Assembly (NCBI GenBank): GCA_040954595.2
Contig: CM082580.2
Location: 13,442,242-13,506,241, forward strand
DNA length: 64,000 nucleotides
Reading direction: 5' to 3'
From: Balanoglossus misakiensis
Lineage: Eukaryota > Animalia > Hemichordata
A model generated the notes under the pieces. That model did not search any database, was not told the origin of the DNA, and saw only the letters and a program-made list of their open reading frames with translations. Positions 1 to 19,800 of this stretch are shown here, in pieces. Numbering within the stretch: the stretch's first letter is position 1; the number at the start of each line of letters is the position of its first letter. A program made the translations under genes and the position numbers.

Positions 1-169
1 TTAGAACCTTTCCAGCAACTTGTGTACTCTTCAGATCCTTCTGTAAGAATGTTGAGTTCAGGGACTGAAATCTACATTGGTCAATTTCTTTGCTCAGAAA
101 ATGTTCACATGATATACTACCTTTCACCAGTGAGTATCTCTAATGCCTAAATTTGTCCATCTTTATCAG

Positions 170-3100
170 TCGGGCACATACCATTGTCTCCGTAACACTA
201 GTACAGAAGGCGAAGAATGAGGCTGGTCAGAGTATGACAAAGACTTCCGTCATTAACTTAGTAGATTTGGCAGGAAGGTAAGTCTTCACACTGCAGCCAT
301 GAAAGCCTCAGTGACAAGGTGTCTTCATATTATTTTTACAGTTTTAGTTTCAAAGTAAACTTATATCACATCATTGTACTCGCCAAGAGAATATTACTTG
401 TTACACTTGTGTAGTAAATGTGTGGTTAAATATGAGTATAGGAATGATAAAGAGGAGCCTACCCCCACTCCCCCAATCAATGTTGTAGAATGCTGGAGAA
501 GAAATTGAAAAAAATTACTTATCAAACTATGTGTGGCTCTCACTGTGACGTTTTGTAAATTATTTTGTTTTGCTCTATTCCAGTGAAAGAGTCGAGAAGA
601 CAGGTGCTACTGGTGACCGGTTGAAAGAAGGCTCATTGATTAACCAATCACTGTCCACGTTGGGTAATGTGATCAAAGCATTGGCGGATCTTGGTGGAGG
701 TAAAAAAGGTGGTGCACATGGTGAGTTTTGTCGTTTGTGTAAATAAGAAAAAAATGGATCACGACTCTCCATGCTTGCATGATTATAAAATTTCACTTAT
801 GTTTGCCGGCTATTTGGTAGTTCAGTCCTAGAAAATGGTATTTTGACCCCAAACATTCTTTGAAGACAGATCAAAACCCTATCATGTCCAAGAGTGTTGA
901 ATGACTGAGTGTAAGTACCCAGCTATTTCTATAAGGTGTCAGACCATTCCCTAGCTGTTCAGTGGCTAAACGTTTGCATTGACTGCTTTTATTTATCAGT
1001 TCCTTACAGAAATTCAGCTCTCACAAAACTGCTGAAGAACGCCCTCGGTGGTAACAGTAAAACCATCATGGTAGGTGTTTGATACACTCTAACACAGTTT
1101 TACAAACATGTTCACACAGTGACTGTCTGTCAACACACTCACAGTTGGATCTCAAATGTAACCTGCCTTTTGTTTCTGATTTATCAGATAGCGGCTATCA
1201 GCCCAGCTGATGAGAACTATGAAGAAACCTTGTCAACACTCAGATATGGTAAGTTCAATACAACGGTTCTCTGTGTAAAACTGTATTGATTCTTTTTCAT
1301 CAAGTTTCCACAATTGACCAGTATTTCCAATCCTATGTCTTTGCTAGCTGACAGAGCTAAATCGATCAGGACAAAAGCTGTCATTAACGAGAGTCCAACT
1401 GAGAAGTTGATCCGAGAACTGCGAGAGGAAAATGCCAGATTGTTACAACAGTTGGGTGGTGGTGGTGGACAGGCATCACAAGTCATCGGTATCCCAGAGG
1501 ACGGTAAGTGCGATATGAGGATTGACCATCAGAAGTGAGTTTGTTATCTGTTATCAATGCAATGTAAACATCTCTGTCTGGGCCTGCAGCGTAGATACGT
1601 GTGGATACCTTTTCTCTGTCGCCGAGAAATACTCAAGAACATTTCTCACTGATAAACACATCAACTTTGCCAGCCATAACACATTGCCATAGCCATGCTT
1701 AAGTTTTCATGATGTTGTTGCCATAGCAGTATCTAGAAGCTCATCTTTGTGCTTCTGGTTTCTACAGAGGTGGAAAGCATGAAGCGAATGATGGAGGAAC
1801 AAATCCAGCGTAACAAGGAAGAGATGACGGAGATGGAGAAATCCTGGAAACAGAGGCTGGCTGAGGCGGAGTCTGCAAGCATGGTGAGACAGTCGCTCAC
1901 ACACATAGAATTACCCTATAGTTAGGAAACGTTATTGTTATATCCTGAGACAATCAGCTTTTGGCCGAGTACATAACCATGATATCCATTTTCCAATGGC
2001 AACTGTGTGAACCAGGTAAGCTGTGTTATTGCGTGTGGTTGTAATCAGGATTATTGTTTTGATTTTAACATCATTCAGGAAAAACTGTTGGCAGAGCAGA
2101 AAAAACAGGAACAGATGAAAGTGGTTCCACATTTCTGGAATCTGAACGAAGATCCATCGTTGACTGGAATGATCATACATTTCGCAGCTGAAGGTCAGCA
2201 AATATGTCCTACTGGCAGACATGCCTTAGCTTTGCCCACATGTGCATTTTGTCACCGATATTTTGGGAGACTTGGATGCAGACAAATTCTTCACATTCTT
2301 TTTTTTCTCTGCAGGCGTCTCCAAGGTGGGCAACAAGAAAGCAAGTCCACCGCCGGAGATTCTACTTAATGGACTCAGGTTGGTAATCGTAACTCCAAAC
2401 ATTTCACATAATATTGCAAGAAATCTTAGAATTTTGAACATTGGATGCTGTTTCTGGGTACAATCCCTACATGATGTCATAAGTCACGATAAGGTCCAGG
2501 GTTCAAAGCTGGGTCAGGTGGTGTAGATAGCCTGTGATACCAATAAAGTGATTCGTTCCAAACCTAAACAATTTACTGAAACAACAGGCATAATATTGCG
2601 TTCTTGCATGTTTTTTTCTGCAATGTAGTATTCTCAAAGAACATGCCATCATCACAAACAAGAAAAATGTTGTGAGAATAAAACCGTGTGGTAAAGCTAA
2701 ACTTCTTCTCAATGGCAAAGAAGTAACAGAGGAAGAAGAACTGCATCACAATGACAGGTAAACCAACGATAGTGGAATAGTCCAGTTTTGTCATTTGTAT
2801 ACCAGACAAAAAATATCTCACAGCCCTTCACAGAGCTGCATAATGCATAGACGTGTACACACAACTGTACAGCACACAGCTTATGCCAAGTGTTCACATG
2901 TTGTACCAACACACAGAGTATGTAGATGGCTTTGATTCAGTGTGTTATAGTAAGCAGAATTATTAAACATTTCATTAAACATTTCTTTCATTATATTTTT
3001 CTTTACTTATAAATATGTTTTTGTCATCTATAGAGTAATGTTTGGGTCAAATCATCTGTACGTGTTTCATCACCCACAAGACTTGGCTAAGAATATCAAA

Positions 3101-6100
3101 GCTGGCAAGAAAGAAGAGAAGGTGACCTATGACCTGGCCCAGGCCGAGATCGCTGAAAACGTAGGATTTAACATGGAGCGAGGCCCAGGCAAAACAAAAG
3201 GTATATTGACCATCTCATCTGGCCCATTGTAAATATTTTCATTGTAAAATGTACATTTATATTATGTTAATGCCAGACAGTACATGTACATTTTATGTGT
3301 ATTTTTCCCAAAAGATGAAATTGTATGCCAAGAAGATTTGATTGAAATCATGCCACTTGTGAGTGAAGCCAATGCCATCAGCGAAGAGTTGGACAAGAAG
3401 GTCAAATTTGAAATTGCCATGGTGTCACCTCAGGTCAAGGGTCTCAAACATGGTAGGACAGAGGTAAGATAGTCGAGAGGTTCAGCATTTCATAAATAAC
3501 TGAAACCAGTATTCAATCTTTAGCCCAGTCTTGCTTGCTAGACCGGACCTTCAACTGATGTCGTGATTGAGCAGCCTATCTTCAGATCAGAATTTTCCAA
3601 TTCCTCATAGGCTAACTTCAGAAAAGCATTATAATATCTTTTTCTGGTTTCCTTATTTCCTAGGTGAATGTTGTGATGAGGAATCTGGAGAATGGTACAG
3701 AATTCATGTGGAATCGGGACAAGTTTCTGAACAGAAAGTACATGATGCAGGAAATGTATCAGAATTTCATCGACGGAGACAAAGACTGGGATGTTGAGAA
3801 GGTAAGATGGTTTGTTTTAATGGGCCACATGTCTTCATCAATTTCTGTCAAAGAGGCTAAGAAAACCAAAGCATTATGATTTACATTTGCACATCAATCT
3901 GTTTCATTTTGAATTCCAACATGGCAGCTAGTTTAAGATAACACTGGCCAAAATGAACTGCAAACCAGTGAATCTATTTGTATCTTACCCAATGCATTTG
4001 AATTTTGACAGGAAAAAGATCCATTTTGGGAGCTGCCAGACACCGAAGTCCTGATTGGCTATGTACACGTCTATTTACAAAGTTTAGGTTACATGATTGA
4101 GTTAGAAGAAACATTAGCTATCACTGACTACAAAGGACTGGAGAAGGGTCATCTTAGGGTTGAAGCTATGCCTTGCAAGAAAAATGGTGTAGAGTTTAAC
4201 GAAGATGAAGATGCTTTTGTTGAGGAACCCACAGAGCTGGTGAGATTGAACATCCTTCTATGTTAGGATATAAATCAACTGTTCTTTAAAAGAATATGAG
4301 GTTATTACGAAAATACCGCAAAGTATGCACGAGGACATTAGCGCTGAGTATCGCCCGACGCGTAGCGGAGGGCGATGCGCTGCGCTAATGTCCGAGTGCA
4401 TACTTTGCGGTATTTTCGTAATAACCTTATTATTATACATCTTACATCTCCGATAGTTCTTGTTTTGCATGTTACTTGGCTTTCAAAACGCCCAAAATGC
4501 CGATACAATCGATCGAAAACCGCTCAGTGAGCAGCCATCTTTCTTTTTTGTTTACGTACGTGCGCGTGCGTTGGAGTGGGGGTGTCTTGAAACCGTCCGC
4601 AGAACAACGCATACCTGTACACGGTGAGTTTGGGGCGCCTTGAAACTAAGGCTTATTTAACGCGCGTTCCGTACGTACCGTTCCGTACGGCTTTTTATTG
4701 CACGCCAAAATCTATTGTTCTCGGCACTAGATGTATAATAATAGATTAAATCTCACGGTATAAGAGATTCTATGTATTTAATGCCCTATGGATGGGAAGG
4801 TGCATGCCGCCGACTGCCCTCATTGTATGAAGTCCATAACCTTCTGTTTTTGCTCAATTTATATTGTTCACATCAAACTGAGATTGGCGCCCTCACATAT
4901 ACTTTTTTTTATTTTCATTTCAATAATAGCTCGGAAAACCAATGTTCTTCAAAGTTAAAATCCCATGTGCTAGAGGCCTGCCACCGCAGTTTAAGAAGGT
5001 AAAGCATGAAATGTGATTATGATCGTATTTCTAGGCCTTTTATAAAGGGACAAAGTCATCCTGATATCTGTGAAAATGTTGCCTCCACTAAATATCAGAA
5101 ATCTTACTTGTCACCATCTTCAGAGTTTCTGTCGATACCAATTTTATCTGGACAAGAAAATGCAACAAACTAAAGAAATCCAAGGAACGACCAATCCAGA
5201 CTTCAAACACGAACAAATCTTGAGCAGTAATCCTGTGACAGAACAGGTAAGTCCATCTAATATTAGTTAGACTATTTCCGAGCATGCTAGAATTATGAAA
5301 AGGGTGTACTGTGAATTTAACATTCTGATAAAGATTTCCTCGCTTTTTGCTCTATGGTTTAGTTCCTAGATTATCTGGACCACAATGCGTTGATTGTTGA
5401 AGTCTGGGGCAGACAACATGGCAAGCCGATCAAAGCAGCCAACCTAACAACCAAGGCCCTAGTGGCTGAAGACAGTGTGAGGCGTTCTAGAATATCATTG
5501 CGTGGTGAAATATCATCACAAGCAAACATTGTAAGTTGAATTTTTGTATTTGTCACAAATTAAAACATTACAGCATCCAGCTCAGAGATATAGATTTTAT
5601 TTGTTTCTCATCGTGAATGTCCTTGCGAATTTTCAGCAAAACTATTTTAAGCACGTCAGACCATGAGTCCCATATGCTTCCAAAATTAATATCTCAAAAA
5701 TAACACCATATTTCAAAGTTGCGAACATTTGCCGAACAACATGAGCTGAAAGTCTATTAAAAGCACTGTCACTAGATTTCTAAGTCAAGCATTTTAAGTT
5801 TTGTAGATTTCCTCAATATGTACGCACAACTAAAAATTTTCGTTTTTGCTGTATGCTGCAGGATCCTGATGAGAAATACAAGTTGTTGGTAGAACTCAAC
5901 ACACACAAGAAGAGAGCTGATAAAATGGAAGCCAAACTGGTAAGTGTGGATGATGCATGCGTTTGTGTTTTTTTTGTAGAATCAGCGTGCTTGTGTGCGT
6001 CATGGTGTGTGTCTGTCTGTGTCTGTGGGTCACATGTCTGTTTGCCCCTTGATGGGTTCCTTTGATTTCATGAAACTTATGTTGTCTTCTACACCTTTGC

Positions 6101-6267
6101 AGCGCAAAATCTATGATATGGTATTGGCAGCCAAAGAGAAAGGAAATCCAAATCTCCCTGTAGATCAAGTTGAAGAAATCTTGAAGAGTGGCTACAAAGA
6201 ACAATTCAAAGGTGCTGCTATGGCAGCAGCTGCAGTCAATGGAAGTAAAGCCTGTGTTTTACAATAG
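170..6267 (+). CDS. KIF28: Kinesin-3 family motor, KIF28/KLP-6-like (5' part lies upstream of the window); about 18 exons here
   Basis: Spliced exons (approx. 170-277, 584-721, 1000-1070, 1188-1247, 1349-1503, 1769-1883, 2079-2192, 2315-2378, 2629-2757, 3034-3200, 3315-3463, 3664-3801, 4012-4239, 4930-4999, 5123-5246, 5363-5530, 5862-5939, 6103-6267). They encode motor motifs [36 protein letters not shown] and [13 protein letters not shown], then an FHA domain ([12 protein letters not shown]...LHHNDRVMFG), [11 protein letters not shown] and a C2-like region. The protein ends in ...SKACVLQ*. Confidence 0.88.
4299..4743. mobile_element. Palindromic non-autonomous repeat (MITE-like) in a KIF28 intron
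   Basis: 4299-4427 is a near-perfect hairpin (aggttattacgaaaataccgcaaagtatgcac...gtgcatactttgcggtattttcgtaataacct). A second 15-bp inverted repeat pairs 4428-4442 with 4729-4743. The block is CpG-rich in an AT-rich intron. Family not assigned. Confidence 0.6.
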
Positions 6268-7375
6268 AGATGAGTTAAAAGAATCATCTCAATTACTTAA
6301 ACTGAATTCAGGCCATTCCCTTTTCATCTCATCAGATCATGTGACATTTTTTTCCGTCCCATTTTTTCATGTGCTGGGGTATAATCCTGCATGGTATTAT
6401 GGGTAACATATTGATCTACAGGGGGGCTATGCATCTGCCACCCGTCGCTGCACCACATACCTAGCATATGAAATTCATTGGAAATGATGTTTTCTTTTTG
6501 GAGAAGTGCAATTTGAAGAGAAAATACAAAACTCAAAAAGCATATCCAATAGTCATTTTGTTGAGTATTCTCTCTCTCTCTCTTTTAGTTATTCCACGAA
6601 ACAATTTCAATTCCGATCCATATTATTTCTAGGATATTTGGATTTTTGTGAAAACAGTTGGTACTACGGATAGGGGGCTCAGGGGAATGAGTTTACAACT
6701 CAAAAAGTAATTCTGAAATTTTATCGTAATTATTGTTTTTGTATATATACCAATAATACAGGAAAACTTATAAGTGTATATCTTGTAACAATATACGTAT
6801 GTAGTGATTGATTTGACAGTGATAGTTTGACACTCTGTTAATTTCTTGAGGCAGTCTCTGTAATGTCCCAATTGTCCCAGAAGTGAAATGTGTTCAGACC
6901 GCTTTCTGTAATGTGATTTACCAGTATATCATTGCTGCATAGTTTCATATTGGTCATATTGCACCGAGATTTGTATCTATTTATATCTATAGTGTGGGCT
7001 TTGAAGGCCATTACATCATGGAAATAAAAATCACATTTAGATTCACAGTGAGTTGATTATGTGTTTTTTTTCAAATTAAATTTTATTTCTTGTATACTTT
7101 TTGCACAGTAAAAGGTCCTTTATTTTGCGCAAATCCGAAAACTTTTACAACGATTTTTTCTCTGCAACTTTTCCTTGTTTATTGTTCTTTGTCCCATATG
7201 AATAAGCCTCCTAAAATATAATACGTTGGATCCCTAGAGATACTAGTCGGAGAAAAGGCAGTTGTCTTGAAGTTCCAATCAACCTGTGAAGTAGGTGGTG
7301 ATTGCATAAACATTCGGGTTAAAGGTCTCAGATTGCCCGTGTATAGTATCAAGTGAAACCCCGCACATCCTGTGT

Positions 7376-7402
7376 AGTAACTTCCGGTCTCCATTTTGGA
7401 TG
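7376..7402 (+). promoter_or_regulatory. Putative Crk core promoter motifs (ETS-type ACTTCCGG and YY1-type CCATTTT)
   Basis: acttccggtctccattttgg lies about 280 bp upstream of the Crk ATG. Motif match only. Confidence 0.35.
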
Positions 7403-7661
7403 AGAGTATGTTTTTACTTCCTTATACTTGAAGTGGGAGTGATCCATGCTTCATGAGCTGCGTTTACCAGTACGCAGGACTTTTGGCAGCTTTGACAACT
7501 GAGAAGTTGTGAAAATATCAATAAGACAGACTCGACTGGCTGTTCAAACATCGGATTCGTGTTTTCATCGGTGATAACAGTTCCTGAGACATCAAGGGTT
7601 TCACTGGGCTGGGAGACGTTTTTGCGTACGTCAGGCAGGCTACGTGCCAAAAGTTTTCAAC

Positions 7662-12664
<5,003 letters not shown>

Positions 12665-15600
12665 AAGTGACACCAGCACCATGCCACGGCCGGGAAGAGA
12701 CAGAGACTCTAAGAGTTGTGTGTGGCCGTGGGGAGAATCACAAATGAATAGTACAGTTCAGTGTGACAACAAACTTTTTTGGAGCATTACTGTGTTTACC
12801 CTGAGCTTGAAGTGGATTCTTACAAAAAGGAAGAGAAAAATGAGAGGAGAAAAGTATATTTTACATTACAGAAAGGAACGGCAAGGGTGTACATATTGCC
12901 ATGGAAAAGGAAGATTTCCGAGTGGTAAAATGAAGAGCACCAGAGAGACATCATCATCAACTTACAACCATTAATTGTAAATTCTTGTATATATTTATTT
13001 TGTGAATAGGAAACCAAGAAGAACGCAATATACACCTAAAACAGTGCGTCCTTCAGTTTAAAAAAACAAACAGGATTTACCTGTTACACATCTCAGACAA
13101 TAGATATAATAATAATTCCTAATGATCTAGAAAACGTATGCCTTCCTCCTGAGATACAAGGTTAGATCTTTCTATGTAGAGTTTTCACTGCCTTGCGGTT
13201 TAATTAGGTATCCAAAATTATTTGTAACCATAATTTTTTTTATACTACTTTCATGTTACATACTCAACAGTCATAGAATTACACAGACAGAGTGATCATG
13301 CTATGAAAATATTCAAAAGCAAAGGTTTAACTTACGTGAGAGATCCGAAAGCAACTGAACCGGGCACACACTGCACCATGTCTTATCATAGCTGTTAGCA
13401 CCACTTACAATAGCTGATTGACGATTACAGTATTTTATCCCATGTGCAAAGAAGTTGGCATATGGGGGTTATTCTGTGTGTATGTATGTGGGTGGGTGGT
13501 GATGTTTATGTGTGAGTGGCTGGATGCATGTGCATTGTGCATGCATGTGTGCATATACTTGAGCATGTAAATGTTCATATCTGTAGATAAGTGCAAATCG
13601 CTTATTATGAACTTTGTAGGGATAATTCGCAATGAAATATAAATACCTGATAAGCTTTCAGTGGGCCGGTCCAGCTAGCTTTTTTAAAGAAAATTATTCG
13701 TCACACTTATGATTACAAACAATACTGTATCTTATTAACAGATACGTTTGACATGTATTCTCATTAGGATCTAACTGAAATACAAGGTTTTTTTTTATTG
13801 GATGTCGCTCTGATCTGATTCTGCATGTTCATGACATTAATTGCATAGAGAGAGAGACATCTTTTTTTTTTTTCAATTTATTCACTTTGATGATCAAGTA
13901 AAATTCAGCGTAATATGAAACAGTTTCAATGTATTTAGCCGGTGACCGACTATCAGCTTGGCATCTTGGTTGTTGGGATTCTTGGGTTTATGCAATTTGA
14001 TGTCCTTGCCCAACCTGCTACACAATGCAGGGGGAATCTTTACATAGTTGGACGTACTGCAGTTTACCGTGCAAAAAAGTCATGTCAGAGCCCCTTTTGT
14101 AGTTTCAAGAGGTTTACCTTAATCTGCACCTCCCTAAATAGCATCCCAGCATTCAAAGACCATTTACCTTAAACCGAGACGGATTTCATACCACTCAACC
14201 ATTTCCATCCCATATTCTATACTCCCCCTGCAAACTGATTCCCATCCTGTTATAATTTTCACCCAAGTAGTATATTCCAAGTATTCCTTTTCCTTGCTGG
14301 ACCCTACACTTCCAGCAATCCGTGCTTTTCACCATGGCAGATAATAAGCATCCAAGGAGAATGCCTACGTGAGCTCTCCTGAGATTTTACAATTAACATT
14401 GAAGAAGAGATTTTAATCAGCTGTGTTATATTCATTTATATCCATACTTTATTTTTTTGTACTAGTTAAAGACAACAGCGATCAGGTGGATATAAGTTCA
14501 TAAAAGAATACTATTTGCATTTGCCATCTATCTTTGCAACAAAGGACAGAGCATCAAGAACTTGTTTGTCAGCAACATGACATTATTTGAAGAAAAAAAA
14601 CTCAAACTTTTCTGTTTTTCTGGCAGTTTCACAGTTTTCATCATTATTGCACAGCACCTGATTTCACAACAGGATTAAAAAACATTTTATTATATCAGTG
14701 GACAAATATTAACAAAAGGGGAAAAGTATGAGCTGTTTTTTTATTGAATTTTATACTTGAGATTTCCTTTTCTTTTTTTTTTTTCAAGTAGACAAATTTA
14801 CTGAGCACAATTGTATGTGCCACTGTACAGGGGAATATGCTGTATACATACCATGTTATAGAACAAAGTGTTTCTGGAAAAAGCACAGTCCAGCATTAGA
14901 GGTAAACCTACAGTGATTTTAGTGTAATGATAGTGGTGTCAGATTCTTTTTAGGTTTTGATAGCAGCTGATCCCCTAATATTGCTGAATTTATTAAAAGT
15001 TTGGAAATCAGTGGATTTCGGTGTCTTTCATCTTCAAGTTTACTGCAGAAGGGTTGATGTCTTGTGTAAGTGAGAGAGAAAGGAGGGAGCTTGTATGAGT
15101 GCAAACACTTGTGACACAAGCAAGCCCTCCAGCTGGCGGTTGCGCCCTCTATAGGTTAGACAGCAAACACCTAGCGAGACAGAGAGCCCAGCTCTGCCAT
15201 GTCTACAGCTGATAAAATCAGATTGTGTACCGGTCTGCTCGGCCACAGAAGGGCAAATCTCTTTTATATGTTGTGGCGCTCATGAAACTCCCCTACACCA
15301 GAATATGATGAAAGCATTGTAGAAGGTCGTGAGAATTGCAGGAAAGAGAGCATTTGATTAATTTGCTCAATAAAATTGGTTCCATACTTTTATTTTTCAT
15401 TAAACATATGATGAAAGTTGGTTGAAAGACTTTCTTCCAGTTTCTGCACTCATTTTTGTGTCGTTTTTGGCCTTTGTTTCGCGATTATAACTGTATGGAG
15501 TTGTTTCCGTACTTCCGCACTTATTTTCACGTGACACAAGAAAGAAACACTTTTCTTACACGTGAGAAACCCGGTAACGTTATCGCATCTTGTTGACAGC

Positions 15601-15745
15601 AGTTTCTCCAAGGTAATAAATAAAAGTACCACGTATAACCCAAGCAGCCATTTCGTTCCACCCTCACAAATTGCAGCGTCGTTCGCTGGTAGCTTTAATA
15701 TACAAGTCCCCCCCCCCCCCCCAAGAATAACTGGCACACTGAACG

Positions 15746-15963
15746 ATGGTGGGGTCTGAGAGAACGCGAAATCTTCTTTTAATTGTGGGCATAGTGGCTC
15801 TCATCTCCGGCTTTGTGATTGGAATTCTCATTGGAGCTTTCGCTGTGGACAACTCAGCGCCACAAAACGGGGCGGTGGCCGCTGCCCTCCGTGATGGCGA
15901 CCCGTCCATCTCCGACAAACTCATCGAGGAGATCAGCCCCCTTAACATCAAAGAGAATTTAAG
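15746..15963 (+). CDS. Isolated first coding exon of a GCPII/NAALADase (M28B) paralog (type II membrane anchor); no downstream + strand exons found in the window
   Basis: [32 protein letters not shown]...[22 protein letters not shown] followed by a GT donor (ag|gtaac, phase 2). It is clearly paralogous to 38179-38387(-). Confidence 0.75.
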
Positions 15964-16864
15964 GTAACTTATTGTAGCTCAACAACTTTCTCTCCAAAAA
16001 AGTAATCTTAAAACGGTGTATTGGATAGCCGTGCTTATGATGGAAGAACGCACATCGGGCGCGACTTCACCTGATGTGTGAAACTTTTTACCTATAAAAT
16101 GTAGGATTCTCTTTCCTTGTTAGCGTTTGTTACGCAGTTTTACAGCAATTTTGCTTTAAAGCCTGTACTCCTGTGTTGGACCCGTGGTACGTCCGTGGTT
16201 TTTATTAGATTCACCTTCAAATTTAATGTATTGATACCATTATGATTATTACATGTACTTATACAAAAAATGCGACCATACATGTAAAAACAGATAAGTA
16301 AAAGAAAATTAGTGAACGTCGCTTTGTTACGTGTACATTTAGTTTGTTCCCCCAAACAACACGATTAATATCGGGGATATCAATTTAAAAACCTCGCGAT
16401 CAGTCCTGCACTTTTTATTCTGGTCACGCACGTACTAATACCACCATTTTACCCGCACACTTTTGTTGACCCGTTCGATTTATTCATGATATGGCAAACC
16501 CCGGTTCCAAGGCCGCCATCTTTTGTTCTCGTCAATATTCTCTATTCATGCTATGGTGATTAGGCTCCAATCCACCATGGCGGAAAGTTGGCGTTGGTGA
16601 TTTTGTCGGATTTTCGCTGATTAGGCGCCGCGCACGGTGATTGCACTTGGTGTCAACCGTCGCCAAAGTTGTGAAGGGCTGTTTTGTTTCATCTCACCGG
16701 TATTTAGAGTGACGCAGTGTCTGTTTGGCCACCGGAAATCAACAGGGTCGTTAAGAGGAAACCCAGAGTACATCAACGATAGGTGATTATACGGGTATCA
16801 CTACCGTGAGCTGTTGGAATATTTCAGAAGAATTTTCAACCGATAGTTTTATCACCACACACAA

Positions 16865-19800
16865 ATGGCGCTACAGAAAGATACCTCACTGGAGGATGAT
16901 TTGACGTGTTGCGTGTGCGCAGAAGTTTTCGACGACCCCGTCATGTTGTACTGCGGACACGATCTCTGTAGAAAGTGTTGCATGGCCTTGCAGAAACAGG
17001 CAGCGACAAGGAAGCACAACTCGGGTAAATTCTATTGTCCGGAATGCCGCGCCGAGGTGGTACTAGATGATCGCGGCATCGACGCCTTGCCTCGCAATTT
17101 TCGACTTCAGAATCTTTGCGATAAAGTTCGAAAGCTCAATCGGAGTAATTCAACAGAACTTCCCGAAACAGAAAACCCCTACTCGACTCTTAGCGTTTCG
17201 TATATGAGACGAAAGGTAAGTACATTTCAGAAGGAAATGTAGGTTGTAGTATAAAAAAATAATCTCGCCCTATTTTTCCGATTTCTATATAGGCCCTATG
17301 GTTATCACCCAACACGTTATCTGTACATTTTACTTTTAATATAATTTCTTGGTAGAAAAAGTTGTTACATTGATCCATTATTGATTTATAGAGAAGTCGA
17401 TCGTCCTTTGAGAATGTTTTATTTATTTTCCGCCGACAAAAATGACTTTGTCTAAAACCTGTGATTCATAGAATTCCTTGAAGTTTATCAAAAAGATACC
17501 CGTGAAGGTTATGATTTGAGTAAACACTCTGCGTGTATTGTACACATATCCGTAGTCGTGAGTTCAACATTCTTATTTTCAATCGACTCCCCTCCCCGTC
17601 CATCAATCTTCAATACATCATTTGTTGACGTCTCCATCATAAACGTGTATACAGACACATGACAATATATGTATTAAGGTCATTTGAGGTGATGCATCGA
17701 TGACTATCCGTCTTTTTCTCCCCAGGGCAGTGTTATGAACCACGTGGCTGCGTTGGTTGAGAGAATCAAAGAATTGGAACGGTTCATAAAATCATTGGAA
17801 GAAAAATGTGACACGGTGGAGGTAATTAACGATATATATTTTTGGTGATATATCCACGTCCACACGAAGACAGTCATCCAAAATTAAAGCAAGATACGAC
17901 CTATTAAAGAAAATTAGGCCCACTTGTTGACATTTTCGCTATACCTTTGTTATTTTACAGAAAAATTGCACCAAACTAAAGTCGACAATAGCCAAGGAAT
18001 TCGACGCTTTGTCCGCGTTACTCGAACAGAAAAAGAAAACCATGGTAACGGATATCGACAAAAACAAAATCGACATCACGACTCAACTACGGAGACAGAT
18101 AGCTGTGTATTCCAAGACTTTGGACGAAGCAAAACGCTCGGAGACCAAGGTCAAAGGTGCCATGGAAAATATGAAACAGAAGGAATTTATCAAGGTATAC
18201 CTTTTTCCGAATCATGAAACAAACAAACAAACAAACAAACAAAACCTTGATGCAGAAGGTCTTGTAAACAAAGTGTAGGTCATGCCTTCACTACAGACCT
18301 CCATAATCAACGAAATACTATATACAAACAAACTAGCTTTTAACTACTCCTTCTACATCGCCTTATTCTTTCAACTAATGGAGATCGATTGGATCAAAAC
18401 GCCAGCTAACTGTTAGGTTTCAACAAGACGTGCATTATTCCCCCACTGTCATGGGGTCACGGAAGGTCACACGTCAAAGATTGCCTGGCGCTTCACTGCA
18501 TTGTACTGGGCAGTATTCACTACGCCCTCTTATTGAAATACTTTAAAAGTTTAGTGGGCGAGGCAACATCGCATCGGTTGTTATAAATCTTCTTCGTTGG
18601 ACAGAGTGCCCGTTTAAAAAAATTAACGAAAGGTCTTGCTTTTTTTTCTTTTCAGAACACAAAGTCCTTAGAAGACACGTAAGTTCAAATTAAACGATGT
18701 CAGTAATATGTGTATAGTTGTTTAAAAATATTTACGACAAGACTCATTAAACACAATTGCTTTTATTTTTCTTCATTATTAATCAACAAAGCAGCCCAAG
18801 TATAAAAGCACAGTATGATATAGTTAGACAACCAGGCTATGTAGATATCCGATCTTGTTTTCTGTGTAAATTTAACTTGGTGAGGACAGCGGCCACAATT
18901 GCCCACATTGGTCTGGACAAGGATTTGTATCCTCAAATCAAATACTAGTACATGTAATAATAATAAAAAAAACTTTCCAAAAATTAATACCATTTCGAAG
19001 AGTGAACATTTTAAAGTATAAAACCAGTCTAGTCAACAAACCTCATCAAGTCAGAAAACGAAGTTTCCTATAGTTCTAAATTCGTACTAATAAGGATTAT
19101 AATTTTCATGGAGAGGCCCATCATAAAATCGACCATAAGTACTAACATTTACAAGTACTGCCTTTAAGTACTAACTTACATCTTCATTATTGTAATTAAT
19201 TATTAGAGTAAATGTATATCCGTCTTTTTCGTGATGTTAATTTTTTCTCAAATCCTCTTCTCTCATTTACAGTCTTGATAGTACAGCTGATGGATTGCCA
19301 GCTTTGACGCCTTCTGTCAGTGATAAATTCGTGATAAGTGTGGATTTCAAAACTTTGAAAGAAGAAATGCAAAAACTACGTATTGAAGTCAAAGGTATAT
19401 TGTATGACAGTATGTATGTTTATAATGTAATGCAATGTAATGTAATGTAATGTAATGTAATGTAATGTAATGTAATGTAATGTAATGTAATGTATAATGT
19501 ATGTATTATGTACGTATGTACAATATCTATGTAAATATTCAGACCAAGTCTCTATACTGCACAGTTCTTTCCGAAAATCCAACTTCCAGATGTATCCAAC
19601 GATGTCAAACTCCACGAATTGCATGGTGCAGGGTTTCGCTGAAACCAGATAAATAAATACACAAGTTAATTAATTGTAACATCGTTGCATGGTCCTGGAG
19701 CGTGTACTTTGCTGTATGGATTGGATATGATTTTATATTTTTGGCAGAAAAAAAAATCAGTCAAAATAAAAAAGATACATACTTCATTGTGCTAGGATAA

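Noticed and set aside
14110-14330. Possible decayed LINE 3' remnant downstream of Crk
   Set aside because: Only vague peptide resemblance in inconsistent order; cannot be supported without a search.
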